DNA of 29,693 nucleotides from a virus. Its lineage: Duplodnaviria > Heunggongvirae > Uroviricota > Caudoviricetes. Position numbers and translations under genes: made by a program. The stretch is from IMG/VR virus record IMGVR_UViG_2778261251_000001; one strand, given 5' to 3'. Shown piece after piece: positions 7,200-15,757 of this stretch; the first letter of the stretch is position 1, and each line of letters starts with the position of its first letter. The notes beneath the pieces were generated by a model, which was not told the origin of the DNA, did no database searches, and saw only the letters and a list, made by a program, of their open reading frames with translations.

Positions 7200-7514
7200 A
7201 TGGACGAATCAAGAAAGCAGTTTGAGGAATACGTTGCCAAAAAATTGAGATTACCATTCGAGATGATAACCGAGGCAAGAAATGGTGATAGGTACTTTGC
7301 ATTTTCAAGCATGGATATTCGTCACTCCTTAAATGAGTGGTGGGCTTTATGGCATGCATCGCGAGCAGCTATTGAAATAACCGCGCCAAAGTTTATCGAC
7401 AGCAGAGAAGCATTAGCCAAAGGGTTTTCTGTTGATTATTCCAATGGCTTCGGTGATGCAATGGATGCTTATGAGGAAAACATCCGCGCTGCTGGAGTCA
7501 AAGTGAAGGAGTGA
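7200..7514 (+). CDS. hypothetical protein, 104 aa, in the ren position
   Basis: Clean ORF co-oriented with early-right genes; no family recognised. Confidence 0.55.
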   Translation: MDESRKQFEEYVAKKLRLPFEMITEARNGDRYFAFSSMDIRHSLNEWWALWHASRAAIEITAPKFIDSREALAKGFSVDYSNGFGDAMDAYEENIRAAGVKVKE

Positions 7515-7516
7515 GT

Positions 7517-7681
7517 ATGAGCGCATACGAAGAAATCATGTTAGCCCTGCGATTCTTTTTCGGTGTGGAAGAAGATGAAAACGTAAATGAGATTATCGGG
7601 CAAGACCATGACCCGATAGGGACTATTGCAGCTGCACTTGACGATTACAGGAGCGTAAATGGTGAGGAAACTAACGTTTGA
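7517..7681 (+). CDS. small acidic ORF, 54 aa
   Basis: Hand-translated MSAYEEIMLALRFFFGVEEDENVNEIIGQDHDPIGTIAAALDDYRSVNGEETNV*; starts 3 nt after the previous stop with GGAGTGAGT upstream; overlaps the ninB start. Confidence 0.4.
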   Translation: MSAYEEIMLALRFFFGVEEDENVNEIIGQDHDPIGTIAAALDDYRSVNGEETNV

Positions 7682-8102
7682 ACTAAGAAGCCCCATCCAT
7701 CAGCAGAACGCCATTCAAGCTATCCAGCAAATCCTTCCAGACCCAATCAAACCAATCGTAGTAACCATTCAGGAACGCAACCGCAGCTTAGACCAAAACC
7801 GAAAGCTTTGGGCTTGCCTTGGTGACGTCTCTCGTCAGGTTGAATGGCATGGTCGCTGGCTGGATGCAGAAAGCTGGAAGTGTGTGTTTACCGCAGCATT
7901 AAAGCAGCAGGATGTTGTTCCTAACCTTGCCGGGAATGGCTTTGTGGTAATAGGCCAGTCAACCAGCAGGATGCGTGTAAACGAATTTGCGGAGCTATTA
8001 GAGCTTATACAGGCATTCGGTACAGAGCGTGGCGTTAAGTGGTCAGACGAAGCGAGACTGGCTCTGGAGTGGAAAGCGAGATGGGGAGATCGGGCTGCAT
8101 GA
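7659..8102 (+). CDS. ninB: NinB (Orf) recombination mediator
   Basis: Long runs recalled from lambda NinB (PIVVTIQERNRSLDQNRKLWACLGDVSRQVEWHGRWLDAESWKCVFTAALKQQDVVPNLAGNGFVVIGQSTSRMRV). Confidence 0.9.
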   Translation: MVRKLTFELRSPIHQQNAIQAIQQILPDPIKPIVVTIQERNRSLDQNRKLWACLGDVSRQVEWHGRWLDAESWKCVFTAALKQQDVVPNLAGNGFVVIGQSTSRMRVNEFAELLELIQAFGTERGVKWSDEARLALEWKARWGDRAA

Positions 8103-8626
8103 CTATCAAATCAAATACGCCAGCACACGACAAGGACTGCTGGCAAACGCCGCTTTGGCTTTTTGATGCACTGGATATTGAGTTTGGATTCTGGCTGGAT
8201 TCGGCAGCGAGCGACAAAAATGCTCTGTGTGCTCACTGGCTAACTGAGGCCGACGACGCGCTCAATTCTGAGTGGGTAAGCCACGGTGCAATCTGGAATA
8301 ACCCACCGTACAGCAATATCAGGCCGTGGGTGGAAAAAGCCGCTGAGCAGTGCATACAACAGCGACAGACGGTAGTGATGCTTGTGCCAGAGGATATGTC
8401 AGTCGGATGGTTCAGCAAGGCTCTGGAGAGTGTCGACGAAGTTCGCATTATCACTGATGGACGGATTAATTTTATCGAACCATCGACGGGGCTGGAGAAG
8501 AAGGGAAACAGCAAAGGCTCCATGCTGCTGATTTGGCGACCGTTCATCAGTCCTCGACGGATGTTTACTACCGTATCCAAAGCGGCATTGATAGCGATCG
8601 GGCAGGGCGTCAGGAGGGCGGCATGA
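8099..8626 (+). CDS. phage DNA N6-adenine methyltransferase (Dam-like, NPPY motif)
   Basis: [16 protein letters not shown] and NNPPYS motifs typical of the phage Dam MTase family; ATG at 8099 overlaps the ninB stop (ATGA), and its own stop overlaps the ninE start. Confidence 0.75.
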   Translation: MTIKSNTPAHDKDCWQTPLWLFDALDIEFGFWLDSAASDKNALCAHWLTEADDALNSEWVSHGAIWNNPPYSNIRPWVEKAAEQCIQQRQTVVMLVPEDMSVGWFSKALESVDEVRIITDGRINFIEPSTGLEKKGNSKGSMLLIWRPFISPRRMFTTVSKAALIAIGQGVRRAA

Positions 8627-8799
8627 GGCGACAGCGACGAAGTTTCACCGACATCATCTGCGAAAACTGCAAATACCTTCCAACGAAACGCTCCAGAAAT
8701 AAACGCAAGCCAATCCCAAAAGAATCTGACGTAAAAACCTTCAACTACACGGCTCACCTGTGGGATATCCGGTGGCTAAGACATCGTGCGAGGAAATGA
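8623..8799 (+). CDS. ninE: NinE
   Basis: [58 protein letters not shown] matches recalled lambda NinE. Confidence 0.8.
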   Translation: MRRQRRSFTDIICENCKYLPTKRSRNKRKPIPKESDVKTFNYTAHLWDIRWLRHRARK

Positions 8800-9203
8800 C
8801 AATGCTTTTAATTCAACCTGGATTTGGCCTTAGCATCAAAAAAGGACACATGTTTGGCGAGAAAGAGTCACAACGAAAAATGGTGTCTATCCGGTTGCCA
8901 TTTATCAGTATTTATTGGCTAAACAGGGAGGCAACAAATTATTGGTATACATGCGCCAGAGCAGCATTTAACGACCCTGACTGGTTTGTGAAAAACCACC
9001 ATGCGGTTCGTCAGGCAAAGAGAAAGGCCAATACGACATACATGAAGGCGTATCGAAAAGCATGGAAAGAACACCGCGATCGATACCAGCAAGACATGGA
9101 AAAGCTTGAATCAGAAAACATGGAATTAAGACGAAAGCTTGGTGAAGCAAAACGAGACATTGATGCTTACAAGCGACTTTTTAATGGTGAAAGCCATGCT
9201 TAG
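8796..9203 (+). CDS. hypothetical protein with basic, coiled-coil-like C-terminus
   Basis: ATG at 8796 overlaps the ninE stop; C-terminal [27 protein letters not shown] has a leucine-zipper-like heptad character; start codon uncertain (track starts at GTG 8760). Confidence 0.5.
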   Translation: MTMLLIQPGFGLSIKKGHMFGEKESQRKMVSIRLPFISIYWLNREATNYWYTCARAAFNDPDWFVKNHHAVRQAKRKANTTYMKAYRKAWKEHRDRYQQDMEKLESENMELRRKLGEAKRDIDAYKRLFNGESHA

Positions 9204-9372
9204 CCCATCCCAAACCCTTCAATACCAGAAAGAAAGCGTCGAGCGAGCTTTAACGTGCGCTAACTGCGGTCAGAAGCTGCATGTGCTTGAAGTTCATGTG
9301 TGTGAGCACTGCTGCGCAGAACTGATGAGCGATCCGAATAGCTCAATGTACGAGGAAGAAGACGATGAATGA
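9196..9372 (+). CDS. ninF: NinF
   Basis: [51 protein letters not shown] matches recalled lambda NinF. Confidence 0.8.
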   Translation: MLSPSQTLQYQKESVERALTCANCGQKLHVLEVHVCEHCCAELMSDPNSSMYEEEDDE

Positions 9373-10087
9373 GTTAATAAATGGCAATGCCATCAAAATG
9401 ACAAGCATTGAAATCGCTGAGTTGGTGGGTAAGCGTCATGACAATGTGAAACGTACCATCGAAACGCTGGCTAAAAATGGTGTTATCCGGCTTCCTCAAA
9501 TTGAGGTTTCCGAAAGAATCAATAACTTAGGGTTCAATGTTCAGTACGAGCATTACGTCTTCGAAGGCGAACAAGGTAAGCGAGATAGTATTGTTGTTGT
9601 TGCCCAGTTGTCGCCAGAGTTCACCGCTCGCCTTGTTGACCGCTGGCGAGAGCTTGAAGAAACTGCGGCTAATATCCCCAAAACGCTACCAGAAGCGTTG
9701 CGCCTTGCTGCTGATCTTGCTGAGCAGAAAATGCAACTGGAAAACCAGCTCGCAATTGCCGCACCTAAAGTTGAGTTTGCCGATCGCGTTGGCGAGGCCA
9801 GCGGAATTTTGATTGGAAACTTTGCAAAGGTTGTTGGAATTGGTCAAAACAAACTGTTTGCGTGGATGCGCGATCACAAAATCCTTATTGCTTCAGGTTC
9901 CCGGCGCAATGTGCCAATGCAGGAATATATGGATCGCGGCTATTTCACAGTGAAAGAAACAGCGGTCAATACAAATCACGGAATACAGATATCGTTCACC
10001 ACAAAAATCACCGGGCGTGGCCAACAGTGGCTGACCAGAAAGCTGCTCGATAACGGAATGCTGAAAGTAACAGGGGAGGCTGCTTAA
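9365..10087 (+). CDS. phage antirepressor (Rha/Ant-type N-domain plus KilA-C-type C-domain)
   Basis: 240 aa; N-terminal IEIAELVGKRHDNVKRTIETL resembles the DNA-binding domain of Rha/antirepressor proteins; inserted between ninF and the ybcO/rusA pair. Confidence 0.65.
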   Translation: MNELINGNAIKMTSIEIAELVGKRHDNVKRTIETLAKNGVIRLPQIEVSERINNLGFNVQYEHYVFEGEQGKRDSIVVVAQLSPEFTARLVDRWRELEETAANIPKTLPEALRLAADLAEQKMQLENQLAIAAPKVEFADRVGEASGILIGNFAKVVGIGQNKLFAWMRDHKILIASGSRRNVPMQEYMDRGYFTVKETAVNTNHGIQISFTTKITGRGQQWLTRKLLDNGMLKVTGEAA

Positions 10088-10377
10088 TGGCCAATCTACG
10101 CAAAGAAGCACGCGGCAGAGAATGTCAGGTACGTATTTACGGCGTATGCAATGGCAATCCTGAAACTACAGTTCTGGCACATTACCGGATGGCTGGAATT
10201 TGCGGAACGGGAATGAAGCCTGACGACCTGATCGGCGCATGGGCTTGTAGCGCGTGTCACGATGAAATCGACCGACGCACCCATAATCTCGACAACAAAG
10301 ACGCCAGACTTTACCACCTCGAAGGCGTGATCAGGACGCAGGCGATACTGCTGAAGGAGGGGAAGATTAAGCCATGA
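10087..10377 (+). CDS. YbcO-like DUF1364 protein (Cys/His-rich, putative nuclease)
   Basis: MANLRKEARGRECQVRIYGVCNGNPETTVLAHYRMAGICGTG...CSACHDEIDRRTH resembles E. coli DLP12 YbcO, which precedes rusA there as well. Confidence 0.7.
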   Translation: MANLRKEARGRECQVRIYGVCNGNPETTVLAHYRMAGICGTGMKPDDLIGAWACSACHDEIDRRTHNLDNKDARLYHLEGVIRTQAILLKEGKIKP

Positions 10378-10736
10378 ACGAATATCAGTTTGTGCTTCCT
10401 TACCCGCCGTCGGTGAATACCTACTGGCGAAGACGGGGAAGCCAATACTACATCAGCGATAAAGGCCAGAAATACCGAAAAGACGTTCAGCAAATCATTC
10501 GCCAACTCAAGTTAGACATTTTCACCAAATCACGACTCCGTATCAAAGTCATCGCAGACGTTCCAGACTCCCGCCGCCGCGACCTCGACAACATCCTGAA
10601 AGGTTTACTCGACTCCCTTATCCACGCCGGATTTGCGGAAGACGACGAGCAATTCGATGACATTCGCGTAATTCGTGGTGTGAAAGTACCAGGCGGAAGG
10701 CTTGGAATAAAAATCACCGAACTGGAGAACGTATGA
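10374..10736 (+). CDS. rusA: RusA Holliday junction resolvase
   Basis: 120 aa; LPYPPSVNTYWRRRG and DLDNILKGLLDSL motifs characteristic of the RusA family; overlapping start and stop with neighbours. Confidence 0.85.
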   Translation: MNEYQFVLPYPPSVNTYWRRRGSQYYISDKGQKYRKDVQQIIRQLKLDIFTKSRLRIKVIADVPDSRRRDLDNILKGLLDSLIHAGFAEDDEQFDDIRVIRGVKVPGGRLGIKITELENV

Positions 10737-10921
10737 ACGCCACAATTCAAACGATACCAGAACTTCTTATCCAGACACGAGGCAATCAGACCGAAGTGGC
10801 GAGGAGGCTTTCCTGTGCAAGAGGAACAGTGCTCAAGTACAACAGAGACAGCAAAGGCGAGCGTCACGCAATAGTTAACGGCGTCCTGATGGTCAAACAG
10901 GGCAAGAGGGGAAGACGATGA
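10733..10921 (+). CDS. ninH: NinH
   Basis: ...GNQTEVARRLSCARGTVLKYNRDSKGERHAIVNGVLMV resembles recalled lambda NinH. Confidence 0.75.
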   Translation: MNATIQTIPELLIQTRGNQTEVARRLSCARGTVLKYNRDSKGERHAIVNGVLMVKQGKRGRR

Positions 10922-11541
10922 GACTCGAAAGCGTAGCTAAATTTCATTCTCCAAAAAGCCCGATGATGAGCGACTCACCACGGGCTACAGCTTCTGACTC
11001 TCTTTCCGGTACTGATGTGATGGCTGCTATGGGGATGGCGCAATCACAAGCCGGATTCGGTATGGCTGCATTCTGCGGTAAGCATGAACTCAGCCAGAAC
11101 GACAAACAAAAGGCTATCAACTATCTGATGCAATTTGCACACAAGGTATCGGGGAAATACCGTGGTGTGGCAAAGCTTGAAGGAAATACTAAGGCAAAGG
11201 TACTGCAAGTGCTCGCAACATTCGCTTATGCGGATTATTGCCGTAGTGCCGCGACGCCGGGCGCAAGATGCAGAGATTGCCACGGTACAGGCCGTGCGGT
11301 TGATATAGCCAAAACAGAGCAGTGGGGGAGAGTTGTTGAGAAAGAGTGCGGAAGATGCAAAGGTGTCGGCTATTCAAGAATGCCAGCAAGCGCCGCATAT
11401 CGCGCTGTAACGATGCTAATCCCAAACCTTACTCAACCCACCTGGTCACGCACTGTTAAGCCGCTGTATGACGCTCTGGTGGTGCAATGCCACAAAGAAG
11501 AGTCAATCGCAGACAACATTTTGAATGCGGTCACACGTTAG
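10918..11541 (+). CDS. Q: late antiterminator Q (lambda type)
   Basis: 207 aa beginning MRLESVAKFHSPKSPMMSDSPRATASDSLSGTDVMAAMGMAQSQAGFG with CRDCHGTGRA...CGRCKG zinc-finger motifs, as recalled for lambda Q. Confidence 0.9.
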   Translation: MRLESVAKFHSPKSPMMSDSPRATASDSLSGTDVMAAMGMAQSQAGFGMAAFCGKHELSQNDKQKAINYLMQFAHKVSGKYRGVAKLEGNTKAKVLQVLATFAYADYCRSAATPGARCRDCHGTGRAVDIAKTEQWGRVVEKECGRCKGVGYSRMPASAAYRAVTMLIPNLTQPTWSRTVKPLYDALVVQCHKEESIADNILNAVTR

Positions 11542-11583
11542 CAGCATGATTGCCACGGATGGCAACATATTAACGGCATGATA

Positions 11584-11640
11584 TTGACTTTTTGAATAAA
11601 GTTGGGTAAATTTGACCCAACGATGGGTTAATTCGCTCGT
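11584..11640 (+). promoter_or_regulatory. late promoter pR-prime (-35 TTGACT 11584-11589, -10 TAAATT 11607-11612) with overlapping qut region
   Basis: Hexamers with a 17-nt spacer directly downstream of Q; sequence context matches recalled lambda pR-prime. Confidence 0.7.
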
Positions 11641-11752
11641 TGTGGTAGTGAGATGAAAAGAGGCGGCGCTTACTACCGATTCCGCCTAGTTGGTCACTTC
11701 GACGTATCGTCTGGAACTCCAACCATAGCAGGCTGAGAGGTCTGCAAAATGC

Positions 11753-11811
11753 AATCCCGAAACAGTTCGCAGGTAATAGTTAGAGCCTGCACAACGGTTT
11801 CGGGATTTTTT
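11753..11811 (+). terminator. tR-prime intrinsic terminator at the end of the short late leader (6S) transcript
   Basis: Long inverted repeat AATCCCGAAAC ... GTTTCGGGATT followed by a T-tract at 11806-11811, about 190 nt downstream of the pR-prime start. Confidence 0.7.
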
Positions 11812-11815
11812 ATTT

Positions 11816-11890
11816 GGGTCAGTCGTATAAAGGTCATTACGGAAGGCTGTTAACCTTCTTATCGTGGTTCGAGTCCACGCTGTCCCGCCA
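11816..11890 (+). tRNA. tRNA-like sequence, anticodon GUU (Asn), possibly slightly degenerate
   Basis: Hand-folded cloverleaf: acceptor GGGUCAG/CUGUCCC (one U-U mismatch), anticodon stem GAAGG/CCUUC with loop CUGUUAA, T-arm CGUGG-UUCGAGU-CCACG, discriminator G then CCA; D-stem has one mismatch. Confidence 0.45.
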
Positions 11891-11895
11891 AATAT

Positions 11896-11971
11896 GCTGG
11901 TTTAGCTCCAATGGTAGAGCGGTCGCCTTGTAAGCGAATGGGTAGCGGTTCAAGTCCGTTAACCAGCACCA
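11896..11971 (+). tRNA. tRNA-like sequence, anticodon UGU (Thr)
   Basis: Hand-folded: acceptor GCUGGUU/AACCAGC (7/7), D-stem GCUC/GAGC, anticodon loop CUUGUAA, T-loop UUCAAGU, discriminator A then CCA, 76 nt; one mismatch at the base of the anticodon stem. Confidence 0.55.
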
Positions 11972-12213
11972 TAACTGAGCCGTAGCCACTGGCTATCCTG
12001 AATTCATGAGTGATAGTTACGCTGCGGCCTTCTACACATGATCTTCGTGAAAGCGGGTGACAGGAGGTCGCGCTAACAACCTCCTGCCGTTTTGCCCGTG
12101 CATATCGGTCACGAACAAATCTGATTACTAAACACAGTAGCCTGGATTTGTTCTATCAGTAATCGACCTTATTCCTAATTAAATAGAGCAAATCCCCTTA
12201 TTGGGGGTAAGAC

Positions 12214-12537
12214 ATGAAGATGCCAGAAAAACATGACCTGTTAGCCGCCATTCTCGCGGCAAAGGAACAAGGCATCGGGGCAATCCTTGCGTTTGCAATG
12301 GCGTACCTTCGCGGCAGATATAATGGCGGTGCGTTTACAAAAACAGTAATCGACGCAACGATGTGCGCCATTATCGCCTGGTTCATTCGTGACCTTCTCG
12401 ACTTCGCCGGACTAAGTAGCAATCTCGCTTATATAACGAGCGTGTTTATCGGCTACATCGGTACTGACTCGATTGGTTCGCTTATCAAACGCTTCGCTGC
12501 TAAAAAAGCCGGAGTAGAAGATGGTGGAAATCAATAA
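12214..12537 (+). CDS. S: holin/antiholin S (dual start, S107/S105)
   Basis: [39 protein letters not shown]... as recalled for lambda S; ATG-AAG-ATG dual-start arrangement present. Confidence 0.9.
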   Translation: MKMPEKHDLLAAILAAKEQGIGAILAFAMAYLRGRYNGGAFTKTVIDATMCAIIAWFIRDLLDFAGLSSNLAYITSVFIGYIGTDSIGSLIKRFAAKKAGVEDGGNQ

Positions 12538-12997
12538 TCAACGTAAGGCGTTCCTCGATATGCTGGCGTGGTCAGAGGGAACTGATAACGGACGGCAGAA
12601 AACCAGAAATCATGGTTATGACGTCATTGTAGGCGGAGAGCTATTCACTGATTACTCCGATCATCCTTGCAAACTTGTCACGCTAAACCCCAAACTCAAA
12701 TCAACAGCAGCCGGACGTTACCAGCTTCTTTCCCGTTGGTGGGATGCCTATCGTAAGCAGCTTGGCTTGAAAGATTTCTCTCCGAAAAGCCAGGACGCAG
12801 TTGCACTGCAGCAGATTAAAGAGCGTGGCGCTTTACCTATGATTGATCGCGGTGATATCCGTCAGGCAATCGACCGTTGCAGCAATATCTGGGCTTCACT
12901 GCCGGGCGCTGGTTATGGTCAGTTCGAGCATAAGGCTGACAGCCTGATTGCAAAATTCAAAGAAGCAGGCGGAGCGGTCAGAGAGATTGAGGTATGA
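12521..12997 (+). CDS. R: endolysin R (lytic transglycosylase)
   Basis: [49 protein letters not shown]... as recalled for lambda R; start overlaps the S stop. Confidence 0.9.
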   Translation: MVEINNQRKAFLDMLAWSEGTDNGRQKTRNHGYDVIVGGELFTDYSDHPCKLVTLNPKLKSTAAGRYQLLSRWWDAYRKQLGLKDFSPKSQDAVALQQIKERGALPMIDRGDIRQAIDRCSNIWASLPGAGYGQFEHKADSLIAKFKEAGGAVREIEV

Positions 12998-13461
12998 GCA
13001 GAGTAACCGCGATTATCTCCGCTCTGGTTATTTGCATCATCGTCTGCCTGTCATGGGCTGTTAATCATTACCGTGATAACGCCATCGCCTACAAAGAACA
13101 GCGAGATAAAAAAGTCAGTGAGCTGAAGCAGGCGACCGCCACCATTACTGACATGCAGCAGCGCCAGCGTTCTGCTGATGCGCTCGATGCTAAATACACG
13201 AAGGAGTTAGCTGATGCGAAAGCTGAAAATGATGCTCTTCGGCGCAAGCTTGATAATGGTGGTCGGGTGTTCGTCAAAGGAAAATGCCCTGTGCCATCCT
13301 CAGCCGAAACCTCCGGCGCCTCCGGCATGGGCAATGATGCCACCGTCGAACTCTCTCCAGTTGCTGGACGAAACGTTCTCGGTGTCCGGGACGGAATTAT
13401 CCGCGACCAAACAGCACTGAGAACGCTTCAGGAATACATCAGGACGCAATGCCTTCGATGA
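12994..13461 (+). CDS. Rz: i-spanin Rz
   Basis: N-terminal TM segment ([20 protein letters not shown]) followed by a coiled-coil-rich periplasmic domain; start overlaps the R stop. Confidence 0.85.
   Translation: MSRVTAIISALVICIIVCLSWAVNHYRDNAIAYKEQRDKKVSELKQATATITDMQQRQRSADALDAKYTKELADAKAENDALRRKLDNGGRVFVKGKCPVPSSAETSGASGMGNDATVELSPVAGRNVLGVRDGIIRDQTALRTLQEYIRTQCLR
13214..13420 (+). CDS. Rz1: o-spanin Rz1 (lipoprotein) embedded out of frame within Rz
   Basis: Signal peptide plus lipobox (MVVGC) and a proline-rich mature region [11 protein letters not shown]; fully nested in Rz in a different frame. Confidence 0.7.
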   Translation: MRKLKMMLFGASLIMVVGCSSKENALCHPQPKPPAPPAWAMMPPSNSLQLLDETFSVSGTELSATKQH

Positions 13462-13634
13462 TAGCGATAATTTTACTCATCATCCTTCACATCTGGCTCT
13501 GTAGACAGGGTGGTGATCACTTCTGGAGTGAATCCAGATTAAACATCTCATTGCTGATGCTTGAAGTTGAGCATCTGGCGCGCGGTAAGGGGCTGCGTTG
13601 AGATAAGAGCCAGTCATTACAAATACCAGGATTT

Positions 13635-13660
13635 AGCCTCGCATTCGCGGGGCTTTTTTA
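13635..13660 (+). terminator. Rho-independent terminator after the lysis cassette
   Basis: AGCCTCGC-ATTC-GCGGGGCT stem-loop (one G-U pair) followed by TTTTTTA. Confidence 0.6.
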
Positions 13661-13806
13661 TATCTGCAACAAACGCGCTTCACACGCGCGACTTATGAAC
13701 ACAGAACCTTTCAGGATGACCCTTGAGGATGCCGGTTTGGTGATCGGTGCCTTTCTGTGGGCCGGAATCCTGTGTGACAAGGTTCATCACTAAAAGGTGA
13801 GCACTG

Positions 13807-14349
13807 ATGAATTATCCAACTATCGTTAACGGCATCGATTTCCGAGAACTGATTTTTGTGGCAAACAACGATCCGGTTACAGATTCTTTTATGGTGGCAA
13901 AAGCATTTGGAAAGCTGCCGAAGAACGTGGTTCGTGACATTGAGCGAACCATAGAAGCTTGCCCTCCTGAGTTTGATACAAAGCTCAACTTTGAGCTTTG
14001 CTATAAAAACAATGAGTTACAGAATGGTAAGCCGCAAAAATTCTACCGTCTACGCAAGGATGGGTTGATGCTTTTGGTTATGTCCTACACCAAAAAAGAA
14101 GCAATGCGTATCAAAATTGCTTACATCAACGCATTTAACTGGATGTACGCCATGCTTCAGGTTGGTCATCGTCAATTTGAAGAAGAGAGAAATGCCGTAA
14201 TGCTGGAGTACATGAAAGAGAAGGATGTTGCCAGCATGTCAGGTCGCCTGCTAAATCGCTGGGGCAAAATTAAGAAGCCACAGTTGCTGGCTAGAATTGA
14301 ACGCCTTGAACAGCACGGGCAAACCGTAATCCCCGGACTCATCAATTAA
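13807..14349 (+). CDS. rha: Rha-family phage regulatory protein
   Basis: 180 aa; N-terminal region FVANNDPVTDSFMVAKAFGKLPKNVVRDIERTIE resembles the Rha family; P22 carries rha at the equivalent position between lysis genes and gene 3. Confidence 0.7.
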   Translation: MNYPTIVNGIDFRELIFVANNDPVTDSFMVAKAFGKLPKNVVRDIERTIEACPPEFDTKLNFELCYKNNELQNGKPQKFYRLRKDGLMLLVMSYTKKEAMRIKIAYINAFNWMYAMLQVGHRQFEEERNAVMLEYMKEKDVASMSGRLLNRWGKIKKPQLLARIERLEQHGQTVIPGLIN

Positions 14350-14556
14350 CGGCAGTACCGCGAAACAACCCAAGCCAGTAAGTGGGGAAATAACTGAAAG
14401 ATGAACCTCCAGCCTTATGGCAAAAAAGATTCTTTGTGGTGGCGGACTGATGGAAAGACATCGGATAGAATAAAACAGTGGCTAGGGTAGCTCCCGAAAA
14501 GCGGAATCGTCACCGCCAGCCACTGAATCTATGACGAACAACTAGACGAGGTTGAT

Positions 14557-14799
14557 ATGAGTGAAATTGATAAAATAATAAATGGTACATGTAACTTTCA
14601 ATCAATGCCGCCAGGTAGTTATGTAAAACAATGTAGTGAAATAGTTAATGGTCAGCTTGTAATGTCAAATGCAGGACGTGGAGTTTCTACGGATGAAAAA
14701 AAATCAATAAATGAAGCCCTATTAAGCATCAATGTTTTTGACTTGTTTCGCCCATCTTGGGTTATTTTGCAAAATAGTAGTCAATTCCCACATTATTGA
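14557..14799 (+). CDS. hypothetical 80-aa protein encoded in an AT-rich segment
   Basis: GAGG Shine-Dalgarno 5 nt upstream; base composition visibly more AT-rich than flanking phage DNA; followed by its own terminator; no family recognised. Confidence 0.45.
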   Translation: MSEIDKIINGTCNFQSMPPGSYVKQCSEIVNGQLVMSNAGRGVSTDEKKSINEALLSINVFDLFRPSWVILQNSSQFPHY

Positions 14800-14817
14800 T
14801 AAATTAATTAATAAATT

Positions 14818-14839
14818 GGTCGCTCAGGCGGCCTTTTTT
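14818..14839 (+). terminator. Rho-independent terminator downstream of the AT-rich ORF
   Basis: GGTCGC-TCAG-GCGGCC stem (one G-U pair) followed by TTTTTT. Confidence 0.55.
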
Positions 14840-14946
14840 ATTGCCATCACAAAAGCCATTCCCTACAGAGTGGCTTTGATAATGGCTTATACCCTACACG
14901 GGATAACTTAACTGATATCCCTTTTAACGGATAAACGGAGCCAACA

Positions 14947-15189
14947 ATGGCAGAGATTATTCCCATGACTGAAGAACAGAAATTCCAGTTAGAGATTTAC
15001 AAGCTGGTCATGAACCAGAACGCAGCCGCAGAAGAAGCATTTCAATTCATTGGCACTGACGAACTGAAGCTTGAGCTATTCAAAATTCACTTCCAGTCAG
15101 GTGGCGCTAATTCAGATATCACGACCCGAACTATCGAAGCGGTGCGTAAATCGAAGGAAGCGTTAGACCTGTTCACTACCGGAGCATAA
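14947..15189 (+). CDS. hypothetical 80-aa protein upstream of small terminase (P22 orf80 position)
   Basis: ACGGAG Shine-Dalgarno; acidic, helix-rich composition; position matches the small ORF preceding gene 3 in P22-like phages. Confidence 0.55.
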   Translation: MAEIIPMTEEQKFQLEIYKLVMNQNAAAEEAFQFIGTDELKLELFKIHFQSGGANSDITTRTIEAVRKSKEALDLFTTGA

Positions 15190-15268
15190 ACATGGCAACT
15201 CAAGGTTTCGACAACCCATCCAAATTCCGCGATGAATGGGATAAGCAAGCAGAAGGGAAATAATCAAT

Positions 15269-15757
15269 ATGGCAGCACCAAAGGGCAACCGATTTTGGGA
15301 GGCCCGCAGTAGTCATGGGCGAAATCCTAAATTCGAATCGCCTGAGGCGCTGTGGGCTGCTTGTTGTGAATACTTCGAGTGGGTAGAAGCTAACCCGCTA
15401 TGGGAGATGAAGGCGTTCTCGTATCAGGGTGAAGTGATACAAGAGCCTATCGCCAAGATGCGAGCGATGACCATTACCGGACTCACTCTGTTCATTGATG
15501 TGACGCTTGAAACATGGCGCACATATCGCCTGCGAGAAGATTTATCTGAAGTCGTTACGCGAGCAGAGCAGGTCATCTACGACCAGAAATTCTCTGGCGC
15601 AGCCGCTGACCTTCTCAACGCTAACATCATCGCCCGTGATTTGGGCCTCAAAGAGCAGTCGCAAGTTGAAGACGTGACACCTGATAAGGGAGATCGCGAT
15701 AAGCGACGCTCTCGTATCAAGGAGCTATTCAACCGTGGAACTGGACGCGATTCTTGA
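15269..15757 (+). CDS. terminase small subunit (P22 gp3-type)
   Basis: 162 aa; immediately upstream of and overlapping the large terminase; contains a pac-like sequence internally, as in P22 gene 3. Confidence 0.85.
   Translation: MAAPKGNRFWEARSSHGRNPKFESPEALWAACCEYFEWVEANPLWEMKAFSYQGEVIQEPIAKMRAMTITGLTLFIDVTLETWRTYRLREDLSEVVTRAEQVIYDQKFSGAAADLLNANIIARDLGLKEQSQVEDVTPDKGDRDKRRSRIKELFNRGTGRDS
15536..15557 (+). other. candidate headful-packaging pac site (GAAGATTTATCTGAAGTCGTTA) inside the small terminase gene
   Basis: 22-bp sequence matches my recollection of the P22 pac site, and in P22 pac lies within gene 3; recalled from memory, not verified. Confidence 0.5.
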
